Positions 22,860 to 33,597 of a DNA stretch of 64,000 nucleotides are shown one piece after another. Location of the stretch: assembly GCA_002269645.1 (NCBI GenBank), contig NIVC01002508.1, forward strand, positions 1-64,000, in the 5' to 3' direction. Source of the stretch: Macrostomum lignano. Taxonomy: Eukaryota. Each line of letters opens with the position of its first letter. The stretch's first letter is position 1. The notes beneath the pieces are model-generated. The model was not told where the DNA came from, searched no databases, and saw nothing but the letters and a program-made list of their open reading frames with translations. The position numbers were made by a program, and so were the translations under genes.

Positions 22860-23803
22860 TTACGGTGGCTTCCAATCTTCATTTTTCTCACGCTCAGCCA
22901 ATCTAAACAACAGCGTCGACTCGACACCGGAACCATCAAAGGCGGATTCGAAAATTTGGAGTCCGACGTTACAACTTCTTTCGAATCATCGGTAGACTAA
23001 TTTGAAACGAGGCTCCAAAGAGTTTTCTGGGCTTCTGACAGCCAATGTTACGGCGTATTCTGTCGTGGTGATTTGCGAGCTACCCAAGCTTTCCCAGGTA
23101 AGCTTAACACCATCATTCTCAGCTGTAGCATTGAGAATCAAATCTGATGGCTCGGAAGCGTTCGTACCGTTGCCGATTGCTGCATTGCACGGGGTGAGCG
23201 CTGTATCGGCATCACACTCCACGATGACATCATTTCCTGCATCGACGCTGACTTGTGCGCTGGCGAATATTTCCTCTACATGCTGTAATTATGGCGAAAA
23301 TTAATAGGAATAGAGAGTTACATTTAGCGTTGCCTAGATAGTTGTCATTTTCACATTGGCCGAAAAGAACATCTAATAAATGCAGGCTAGCTAGTACTCA
23401 TTTGCTTTAAAGTGAAGTTATTTTAATTCAAGCTGTACAATTCGACTCATTTGAAATCAACCAGGGATAAATAATACTTCAATAAACTGAAAACTTTTCA
23501 AGAATGGAAGATTAGTTCTACCAACTAAACTCCAACTACAAGTCCCATATACATGCATTCACTTGTGAGCAAAGCCAATATGACACAATCACAGTAATGG
23601 AATACTCACAGAGGAGTTGGTCTGAACAGATCGAAGAATGAACTGTACATCTGCCTCTAGCAGCTCGTTGCACTGTGTAAGATTGAGATTCGACGGATCT
23701 TTTAATTCCGGCACAAAATATCCGCAGCACTCGAAGTTCGACATCCGATGAAAATCACGAGTTAGTGCACTCCACGGAACAGGCCCTTTTTGATTCGCTG
23801 AAT
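22860..23803 (-). pseudogene. Two exons resembling the C-terminal fibronectin-III module of host cell factor (HCF-1-like), premature TGA
   Basis: Exon 23803-23610 (AG/GTGAGT) splices in phase to an exon starting at 23282: GVKLTWES...TEYAVTLAVRS...FKLVYR*FERSCNV...LLFRLAERE, versus HCF-1 GAHLTWEP...EYSVYLAI...FMRVYCG..PSCLV...IIFRIAARN. TGA (22986-22988) sits at the conserved Gly. Confidence 0.5.
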
Positions 23804-24289
23804 CTATAAAGAAGGACAATATGCTTTTAACTCTAATTGATGCAGTACAATTTTTTAATCTGATGAAAATTTTATACTATTTTAACTGCTATATAGTAGC
23901 GAGTAGCTTAATACAAGTGTAAAGCGCTCTTAAAAGTAAAAATAAAGGGAATGCAGCTGAAAGTTATTACACACCCTAAACAAAGAGACAAAAGGGCACA
24001 TGAAATTCGGACATATGTCGAATTTGCATTGTGTACTTTCAGAGCAAGAATCATGTCTTTACCCCTCCAGAGTCCAGGTAATCGAGAAAACGTAAATTAC
24101 CAGTCCGGAATTGTAACAGAGAGCCTAACAGAGCCTAACAGCCTAACAGAGAGGCTACTACCAATGACGCATTTTTCCGGGCGTTTTGGAGGTGGGGTGG
24201 GTGTCAACCCACCCCGCCTCTCATTGGCTGACGCGCGCCGCAGGTGCATGGCGCCAAGCGCCATCCAGGCGCGCGGCGCCAATCAGACG

Positions 24290-24590
24290 CCCATGCCGCA
24301 GGCGCACCCTCCCGATATGTGCACTCTCCCCAGCCGCAGGCGACCCTCCCGATATGTATGCCGCAGGCGCCCATGCCGCAGGGGTGCCCTCCCGATATGT
24401 GTGCGCACTCTCCCTCCCGATATGTATGCCGCAGGCACACCCTCCCGATATGTACCTCGATATGTATGCAGCAGGCGCCCATGCAGCAGGCGCCCATGCC
24501 GCAGGCGCCCCGAGTGTACACTCTCCCGAGCCAAAGGTACACTCTCCCTAGTACACTCTCCCCAGTACACTCTCCCGATATGTAGTCAAT
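24290..24590. repeat. Degenerate GC-rich tandem repeats (CCCTCCCGATATGTATGCCGCAGGCG; TACACTCTCCC)
   Basis: Units directly visible. The overlapping ORFs are repeat artefacts. Confidence 0.85.
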
Positions 24591-24875
24591 GATATTAGGC
24601 TAGTGAAAACTACTTTTAGTAGGTGAAGTTGTGTATATTTACATAAAAAAGTAGGCAAAACATATTGGTAGGTGTAAATATTGGTGCATATAGGTATATG
24701 AGCAGCAAAAAAACGCACAATGTAGGCGCATATTATCGATATATTGACAGAAAAGCGGGTGAAATAATGAATAAAACATAGGTGGAAATACACAGTAGAT
24801 ACAAGTATAATGCACACACTCAAGATTCAAATTATGTAGGTGCATAGGCTAAAATACACACAATGTAGGTGCAAA

Positions 24876-25480
24876 TCTCTACATATAAAAATCAAAACTC
24901 TGTCTGTCTGTCTGTGGACAAATTACTTCGCTATGGACTCCCAAACCGCTCAACCAAATGACACCAAACTTTACACCCACCCTAAACTTACTACGGAGAA
25001 TGTCTTAGGCTACCTTTAAATTTCCTAGACTCAAGTCTTCCTACCTAAAAGTACAAAAAACTGCTCAAAATGCGCGATTTTTTCACTTAATCCTCCATAG
25101 CGCCGCTCCACTTCTACCGATTCTCTTCAAATTTGACACAGATAATCTTTAACTATTTTGGCACAATCATGTAAAATTTCGAGTCTCAAAGTTAATCCTG
25201 AGCGGTGCTGTGAACTTTTAAAGTTTGGCTGTTTTTTTCAGCGTAGCAACCACCCCAACCTCCGCCCGCCTGCCTCTCTTTCCCGATACCGATCTGGGCC
25301 CAGATGTGTAAAAGGGTTTCAAAATTGACTAACTTTCAGCTGCCATAAGTTTGCTCCACGTAAAGCGATTGACTTCAAACTTGACACAATTCTTCATTGA
25401 CTCATTCTCTATCTAAATGTAAAGTTTAAACTCTGTAACTCAACCGAAAAAGAAACTGTAAGCATGTGAAGTTTGTCTGC
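24876..25480 (+). mobile_element. Helitron-like non-autonomous element (5' end)
   Basis: A|TCTCTACATATAAAAATC followed by (CTGT)n and CCGCTCAACC...CCAAACTTT, typical of animal non-autonomous Helitron/DINE-like 5' ends. The 3' boundary is not determined. Confidence 0.45.
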
Positions 25481-26059
25481 TTTTTCTGTTGTTTGTGCCA
25501 CTCACTTACTCATTCCCCCAGAGCCAGACGAAGGGTCAGGCGATAGGACTGAATGTACATAGCAAATGTACAGTGTTTTGGAATTCCACCCCGAGAGTGG
25601 AGAGGCTACGTTTAGCCATAACAGTTTAGTGAGAAATTCTAACCACTGCCCTCCCCTCTGTATTGGCAAACTCTGCAGCTGTTTAACAGTGGATGGCAAA
25701 TCAAGGCAATCCAGCATGGTTTGTAAAAGCGAAAGATTTATGAAAAGGCGATGCAATGCAATAAAACCCTACTAAATTAGTCACAGTCACACCATGGAGA
25801 TTTTAAGTTTCTCTTAAAAGTACTTTGAAATTGAAATGGCCTCCTAAAAAATGTGTATTTCCTTGGTTGTTAGACTGATGCAGACTGCAGTGGAGCTGAA
25901 GATACAAAAATTCTTTTCAGGGCTTGCAAATTGGCAAGAAAGATGACATATCAAAGCATGAGAACAGCCATGAGAGTACTACGTCCCACAAACTGGCTTT
26001 CCAAGCAGGAATGGGCAGACTTTTACCTTTAAGTCCAGAAAAGAATCCAGCTTATGACT

Positions 26060-26959
26060 GAGGGGCAGTTGAGAGTGGGGAGAAGAAGGAATAGACTATT
26101 CGAAAAGAGAGGAGAGGTGAGAGAGGGAATAAGAGATAAGATAAAAGATAATAGGAGAGATGAGGGAGTGAGGACGATGAGAGGAGAGAGTAGAGAGGAG
26201 CGAGTAGAGAGGAAAGAGTAGAGAGGAGCGAGTAGAGAGGAGAGAGTAGAAGAGCGAGTAGAGGGGCGAGTAGAGAGGAGAGAGTAGAGGAGCGAGTAGA
26301 GGAGCGAGTAGATAGGAGAGAGTAGACAGTAGAGTAGATAGGAGAGAGTAGACAGTAGAATAGCGAGTGGAGAGGAGAGTGTAGAGGAGCGAGTAGAGAG
26401 GAGTTAGTAAAGAGGAGAAAGGAGAGATAAGAGAGAGAATGGAAGAGAGAAGAGATAAAGTTGTACAGATGAGAGAGGTGTAAGGAGAGATGAGAGATGA
26501 GAGATGAGAGATAAAGGAGGAGAGTGGAGAGAGAAGAGACGAGACATGGAGAGAGTATATAGAAGAGGGAAGAGAAGAGAAGAAAGGAGAAAGGAAAGTG
26601 AGGAGACAAAGGAGGTGAAAGAAAAGAGTACAGAGGACAAAATGAGAGAACATTAAGACAGTAAAGATGACAGATGAAAGAGGGGGATGAGCTGAGAGCA
26701 GAGACGAAAATGAACAGACGAGAGATGGGAGAGTAGAGAGAACAGAAGAGAGATAAGAGAGAAGAGATTACAGAGACGAGAGGAGAGACAAAGGGAGAGA
26801 GAAGTGAGTGAGGCGAGAGGAGAGAAAAGAGGAGAATGGAGGGGAGAGAGTAGAGAGGAGAAGAAAGATGGGAGAGGAGAGATAAGAGAGAAGAGATTAC
26901 AGAGACTAGAGGAGAGAGGAGAGACAGGGAGAGAGAAGAGGAAATAGGAGAATGAAGAG

Positions 26960-27010
<51 letters not shown>

Positions 27011-27560
27011 CAGAGCAGATAGAAACGAGAAGAGATAAGAGAGAAAAGATAAAAGAAGAGAAAGGAGAGATAAAAATGCAGACCAGAGAGAAGAGAGGTG
27101 AGGGAAGAGACGAGCGACGAGGGGAGAGAGAAGAGAGAGAGGAAAGAGTAGAGAGGAGAGAGGAGAGAGTTAAGAGAAGAGAGAAAAGAATAGAGAGGAG
27201 AAGGAAGAGACGAGAGAAGAGGGGGAGAGAGGAGAGAGAGGAGAAGAGAGAAAACGAAAAAGTAGAGGAGAGAGGAGAGGAGAGAGAAAAGAAAAGGGAA
27301 GAGATGAGATAAGAGATATGAAAGAGAAGAGAGATGAGGGAAGATACGAAAGAAGATAGGAGAGAGGAGAGGAGAGAGAAAACGAAAAGTAGAGAGGAGA
27401 GAGAGAGAAAAGAGTAGAGAGAAGAGACAAGAGATAAGAGAGATGAAAGAGAAGAGAGATGATTGAAGATATGAGAGAAGAGAGGAGAGAGGAGAGAAGA
27501 GAGAGGAGAGACGAGGGACGAGAGAGAAGAAAGGAAACAGAAGAGACGATAGAAATTTTA
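26060..27560. repeat. Purine-rich (GA/GGAGA) low-complexity tract including a (GA)n microsatellite at ~26960-27005
   Basis: Near-pure A/G on the plus strand. Confidence 0.95.
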
Positions 27561-28119
27561 AAGGATCCAAGGGACATAGGGAGAGTCAGGGAGAGGCCAG
27601 AGTTTGCCAATACATGTTTTAGAGTCAGACAGACATTGCCTGACATTCTGTGAAGTACCCCAGTCCAGTCAACAATATCAATGTTTGCCTCAAATCCTAA
27701 TTTTACACGAATGTGCTCCATTTTATGTCTACCTCTATCCTACTAACTATTAACAAGTTTTTGTTTCAGATGGGCTCAGATTTCAGAATACATGCAAAAA
27801 TAGTTCCGGGGATTGGAATTCCCCGGGTTCAAAATCCGCGGGTTTCAACAGCTTGTTAAGTATAATGCGGGAAAATTACATAGCATATAATGCAGGCGCA
27901 GTTTAAACAATACATTTTGCATATTAACCCACAGGCACAAAGTATATATCGGTGCATAGGCTAAAATACACACACACACTGCAAATTGAGTATAATGCAG
28001 GAAAATTGTGACATATACAACATATGTATGCAAAATTAAGCATATAATGTAGGTGCAAAGTAAAAACAAGCAACAGGCCCCCTAGTAAAGAGACACGCCC
28101 CCGCATTCCTCCCCAGGGC

Positions 28120-28880
28120 CGGGGGATCCCAAGTACAGTGCGGGCAGAGAGGAGAGAGAAATTCCATTCCTCCCCAAGCCCTAAATAAGGTTTTTTTTCA
28201 AGGGGATCTCAAGTACAGTGCATGCAGAGAGCTATTTTCCTCCCCAATGGGGGTTATCAAGGACCCCTTACCAAGTACGGTGACGGCAGAGTAACCGCAT
28301 ACAAATAGGGTTATATTCAGGGGGGATCCCAAGTACAGTGCGCTCCGGGGTTGAGGTGTCAAATGAGTGTTTTATCACTTGAAGGGATCTCGCCAGAATG
28401 TACAGTTGGGGCGAGGTGTCAAATGGGAGTTTAGGACTCCTCACCTAGTACAGTGTGGGCGGAGAGCTGTTTTTCCTGCCAGGGGCTTCCAAATAGGGTT
28501 TATTATTCAAGGGACCCCTCACATTGCACAGTGCGGGCAGAGTAACAGACCGCATACAAAGAGAATTCCTCCCATGGAGCCTCAAATAGGGTTATATTCA
28601 AGGGACTGTGGGGGATCCCAAGTACAGTGCATGCAGGCAGAGAGTAATAGAGACCGCCCCCAATGTACAGTGCGCTCCTGGGTGTCAAATGATGAAGGGA
28701 TCCCGCCCCAATGTATAGTGGAGGTAGAGTAACAAACCGCATACAAAGAGAATTCCAGTCAAACTTTACCGCAGCTCCCAACCCCCAATGAGGGATTTTA
28801 GTGGATCCCCAGAGGGTAGCTCTCCAAGTTGAGGGATCCTCCAGTGTGTTGCGAGGCCCAAGTACAGTGCAGGCAGAGAG
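28120..28880. repeat. Degenerate array of ~9-10 units with core CCCAAGTACAGTGC(G/A)...GCAGAG
   Basis: Cores at ~28128, 28208, 28272, 28328, 28446, 28525, 28618, 28661, 28709, 28858. Confidence 0.75.
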
Positions 28881-29372
28881 TAATAGAGTACAAAGAGAAA
28901 TTCCCTTATCAGTCAAACTCGAGCGCGATCTTCAGCCAGGGCAGTCTCCTCCTCATCAGCGCTCTCGAAACATCTGTCAAAGTAAATGTTGGAAATGACA
29001 AGCTAAGGCGAGCAATTGCTATGAGACGAGAAAACGATAGCTCTGAGCCCACGCTCCGTGCGAAACTATTTATTATCAACGATAAAGCACGAACCCGCGA
29101 CAACCCCCCAACCCAGGACTAAAACTCACCGCACTGCACATCAGAGCACGATGACAATAATAATTTGATACGTACACTCAGACTGAACAAAAGTACAAGC
29201 ACCAGTGAAATAAGCAATCAAATAATAAACAGTGCGAAGCCCCGCCAAAGCCTAACAGTGAACAATATTTTAGTGTTCAATATAGACAGATTATATCTAA
29301 TTTATATGCAATTTATATGAAATTAAGCTTACCAAAATCGGGTTCGCGTTGTACGGATGCGGCACGCCTCAA

Positions 29373-29870
29373 TTAGCAACCCTCTTCAAACAGATTTCCC
29401 CAAGGGTAGGGTTTGATGCTGTCAAGGCAGTCCTGCAGATTGTCCTCTGTCTTGGCTCGCTTCGCAGGCGGTGGGGCTTCGGGTGCCGGCTTGAAGAGCT
29501 TGTCCAAACGGGAGGCAAACATCCGGCGCCACAGTTCAGGCGTGAATTCGATCGTGTAGCGCCAATTAAACTTTGGATCCCGATTGAGCCAATTGCGCCG
29601 CAAACGAATCCTACCCTGTGAAGCTTCGATAGCCTTGAAACTGCCCAACACGACCCTCTTGTCCACGTGAAGGCGGGCAGCAGCCTCCAGGTCAGGGCGC
29701 GCAGCTTCGAGCTTCTTCCACTCTCGCTCGCTCAAGTAGATTGCAGGGAAGCCGTCCTTCCACACTCCAGCCTCGTCTGTGTAGAGCCGCCGAATTTCAA
29801 TCAAGTTGTGTTCAGTTTCAAATGTGGGCTTCCGCGCCACAACGTTTTCGTATAGAGAGATAGAAGACAT
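29373..29870 (-). CDS. PC4-like ssDNA-binding protein (possibly two PC4 folds) with basic NLS-like tail
   Basis: IEIRRLYTDEAGVWKDGFPAIYLSEREWKKL matches the PC4 pattern (VDIRE.Y.D..G..KP...GI.L..EQW..L). A second similar block reads IRLRRNW...YTIEFTPELWRRM. Tail PPAKRAK. ORF is intact. Confidence 0.7.
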   Translation of the reverse strand: MSSISLYENVVARKPTFETEHNLIEIRRLYTDEAGVWKDGFPAIYLSEREWKKLEAARPDLEAAARLHVDKRVVLGSFKAIEASQGRIRLRRNWLNRDPKFNWRYTIEFTPELWRRMFASRLDKLFKPAPEAPPPAKRAKTEDNLQDCLDSIKPYPWGNLFEEGC

Positions 29871-30107
29871 GATTTAGCAGCAGAGAGCTCTCTGACAGCC
29901 GTGCAGCGCCTTATATACCCCCGGATGGAGGGTGGGGTGGGTGGTGATTTTGGGGGTAATTTTTGATGATTTTGGTTGGTTTTTGGCGATTTGACCAATA
30001 GCAGGCGAGCTAAGCAGATTTTTTGGTATATATACAGACCCCCAGAGCCAGGGTAGAGAGATAATCCTTCTCTCTCCGCTCGCTCTCTCACGCTCTCTGT
30101 TTGCAAA
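29871..30107. promoter_or_regulatory. Compact bidirectional promoter
   Basis: TATATAAG on the minus strand ~40 bp upstream of the PC4 ATG, GTATATATAC on the plus strand ~75 bp upstream of ATG 30108, with a G-rich tract between. Confidence 0.5.
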
Positions 30108-33100
30108 ATGGCTAAACGCAGCGCCGCAGCAACTGCTTTCCTGGCTGATAAGAGGCAGCGTCTTTATGGTAAGTTTTAATTAATTTCTGGCCGTCTAGTC
30201 TAGACTAGAGTTGCTAGGGTAGGGTACTGATAAGAATTGGCAGGGGTGAGCTGCTGCGACAGCTGCAGGGGTTTAGACAAGTTCCAGCAGGATGTGCGGG
30301 GACAGACTGATAAGAAATTGGTGCAGAGAGGGTGCTGCCCAGACAGGCCGCAGCTGGGGTGCAGATAAGAAATTGCTGCAAAAAAAGAGGGAGTTGCTGC
30401 GGTAGGGTCTGTGGGGCAGCAGAGTAAACAACAAAGACTGAGACTGCTGCGACAGCTGCAGGGGTCTAGACCGGAGTTGCTAGGGGTAGCGCGGTCGGGG
30501 TGCAGATAAGAAATTGGCAGGGTCTGTAGCAAAAAACTACTGGGGTGTGGTTGAGGAGGGCTAGACACGTTTCAGCAGGGTTAGCAGCAACAGCTGCAGG
30601 GTCTGTGGGAGAGGTGCAGCAGAGTAAACAAAGACTGATAAGATTTTGCCTCGGGTAGGGTGTTGTGCGTGTCCAGACAGGCGGGGGGTGTGCGGCAGCA
30701 GGGTACTGATAAGAAATTGCTGCAAAAACAGACAGAGAGTTGCTAGGGTTAACAGCTGCAGGGAATTGGAGGGGTGCAGCAGAGTAAACAACAAAGACTG
30801 GGGCTGCTGCGACAGCTGCAGGGGTCTGGTGGCGGAAGGGTACGTTGCTGATAAGAAATTGGTAGGGGCTGTAACAGATAATCGTTGGGGAGGGCTAGAC
30901 AAGTTTCAGCAGGGTGGCCCTTTCGGGGTGGATGTACTGCCCGAGGCGATCCGTGCCTTGAACCGTCTGCATCCAGCCACGATTTTGGTGTACGAGTGTA
31001 CCGGGCAGAGGAGGCCAACAGGTGCATCTATGAGCTGCCGCACCGAGATTCTGCACCTCCACCTCGTAGAGCAGCACTTCAATGTGGTCACCAAGCTGCC
31101 TGCGTTTTTCGGGGCCCGCCGCTACTGCGCCAAGTGCGAGATGGCCTACGACTGCAATTATGAGAAGCACAAGTGCGCTAACGCTTGTAGCACCTGCAAG
31201 ACTCCGGGCTCCAACTGCAAGGCTAACCGCGCATATGTAAGATGCCATGATTGCGGGCTAAATTGTTATAATGCTCAGTGCCTAGAGAATCACAAGCGCA
31301 AGAATAAGGCGGGTAGATCGCGCTGTGATTCAGTCCACGTTTGCGGCACGTGTGGCTATCTAGAAGAACTGAAAGTAGGCCAGGCCCCCGAGCATCAGTG
31401 CGGGTACGCCAAGTGTCCAGTCTGTAAGCAGTACGACGAAACGGCCACCCACGAGTGCTTTGTCACCCCGCCCAAAGCTAAAGAGTCTAGCGCGCCGTAC
31501 GTTTACTACGATTTCGAGACGTACGTAGACTCTGGCAAGCAGCACCGGGTACACTTGGTTACGGCTGCCACCTCCTGCGAGGCGTGTCCCAAACTCTTCC
31601 CTAGGCCCCGCTGCGGCGCGTGCGGGGGCTACACAGCTCAGCCAATTGCATTGCGGGACGCAATCTGGCGCTGGTTTTTACGAGCTGTGTCTCGCACAAT
31701 GACTGTGCCTGTGGGATGCGAGAGTTTGTATCAGTCGGGCCTCACTCTATCGATGCCTTTTACTGCTGGCTGACTAGTGTCTTCAAGCAAAGGGCAATTG
31801 CTATTGCGCACAACGGCTCTGCGTATGACGCATTCCTCCTGCTCGGCGCCCTACTCAACGGACTGGCCAAGAAGAAGCCACAAGTGATCTTCCAGAACAG
31901 CCGCCTAATGTACATGAAGTGCGACAAGATCACGTTCAAGGACAGCCTCAACTTTATCCCTATTGGTCTGGCGCAATTCCCAAAGGCGCTTGGTTTGGGC
32001 ACCCAACTGACCAAAGGAGATTTCCCGCACGTGTTCAATCAGCCGCAAAACTGGGGTTACGTGGGGCCCTACTGCTCGATTGATATGTACGGAGGGAAAA
32101 AGAACAAGCAGCACGACTCCATCGCCGACTGGCTGGCCAAGCAGGAGGGTCGAGTGTTTAATTTCAACAAGGAGTACCTGGACTATTGCCTGCAGGACAC
32201 TCTAATTTTGCGGGAAGGCTGTCTTAAATACGCCTGCCTGATTAAGGACATTTGCGGACTGGACGCATTTGTCCAATCCAACGCCATTGCGGGCTTGGCT
32301 ATGGCTGTATTCACCACCAAGTTTATGGAGCCCAACACTCTTGGGGTGATTTCCCGCCGATCAGTTGTGCAGTCGCACAAGGCGCGGTGCTGGCTTGCAC
32401 ATTTGAATGCAACCGAGTTTGGCGGCCGGTTGAGGACAGCCGATTCTGGCGGCGAGGCTTTCGCCATGGGCCGTAAGGTGGATGGCTTTGACTCGGAGAC
32501 TAGGACAGTGCTCCAGTTTCACGGCTGTTTCTTCCATGGTTGCCCAAAGTGCTTCCCCAACGGTGACGTGCTGCACCCGCTCAAGAACCAGCCAATGCGG
32601 GCGATTTATGAAGAGACTGAGCGCTTCACTGATGTACGCTGATGTACGTGTTTTGTGGGAGCACGACTATCAGGGCGAGGGAGCACCAGTTCAGTAGCCT
32701 ATTCGCCTGGAGGAAGCCCTGTTTGGCGGCCGCACCGAGGCTTTTGTCCCGCACGCCGAGGCCACTGAGACTGGAGCTGCGCTATCGGGATGTGGTAAGT
32801 TTGTACACTTTTCAAAATTTCTCATGTACACACACACACACAGTTGACATGCGTTTGAGTTTAGCCTACTTATCCCCTAGGTGTCGCTCTACCCGACTGT
32901 CAACAAGTTTGACAAGTACCCTGTCGGGCACCCGGTTCACCACCCCGAGCCTCATCTACTGGATGAGCAGCAGCTGGCCCGGTATTTTGGTATCGCCGAG
33001 GTATCGATTCTGCGCCAACCAATCTCCACATTCCGCTACTGCCCGCCAAGATTAGCAAGAAGCTGGTTTTCGGCCTCTGCCGCGTCTGCATGGAGACACA

Positions 33101-33597
33101 GTGCAGCAGCGAGTGTACACACTCTGACGCTGAGAGAATGCTCCGCGGCACGTGGTCGACCCCAGAGCTCCACAAAGCCCTGCAGTTGGGTTACAAGCTG
33201 CAGTCAGTTCATGCCCTGGCCTATTGGACCAAGACTCGCACGGGCTTGTTTGCAGACTATGTAAACACTTTTTTAAAGCTCAAAGCCGAGTCTAGCGGTT
33301 CGCCGGGAATGACTGAGGACGCCAAGGCTGCCTACATGGCCAGCTTTTTCGAGCGCGAAGGCGTCCGGCTTGACAAGGTGGAAGAGAATCCTGGCCTGCG
33401 CTTTGTTGCCAAGATTTTTCTACACTCGTAAGTTGGGGAGACTGTGCTAGTAGCCAGATATTCGCAATATACAAAAACATATTTTTCCCGGGGAGACTGT
33501 GTTTTTCTACTTACAGTAGCCCGATATACAAAAATTTATTTTTCCCTGCAGGCTCTGGGGCAAATTCTGCCAGCGCGACGACTTGACCTTGACTTGA
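30108..33597 (+). pseudogene. polB: Group-1/alpha-type protein-primed DNA polymerase B with spliceosomal introns; disrupted and truncated after motif B
   Basis: Cys-rich N-terminus (HFNVVTKLPAFF..RYC..C...H.C); ExoI YYDFET; ExoII AHNGSAYD; KDSLNF; KGDFPH; ExoIII YCLQD; Vsr-like KVDGFD...QFHGCFFHGCPKCF; ALFGGRTE; motif A YRDV|VSLYP split by intron 32795-32880; motif B KIFLHS|LWGKF split by intron 33428-33551. Probable first exon 30108-30168 (GTAAGT donor). Lesions at ~31625, ~32635, TAG ~32695, ~32770, ~33013. No motif C. Confidence 0.9.
30200..30900. repeat. Degenerate tandem array (CTGATAAGAAATTG / GCAGCAGAGTAAACAACAAAGACTG / GCGACAGCTGCAGGGG / CTAGAC blocks)
   Basis: Blocks recur ~5-6 times between the putative first exon and recognisable pPolB sequence. 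Confidence 0.75.

Noticed and set aside
23951-24592. 213-aa ORF and overlapping ORFs
   Set aside because: Mostly translation of GC-rich tandem repeats, open in several frames.
26052-27721. Leu/Ser-rich and Arg/Glu-rich ORFs
   Set aside because: Artefacts of the GA-rich low-complexity tract. Only 27570-27721 might be an exon, and it is unsupported.
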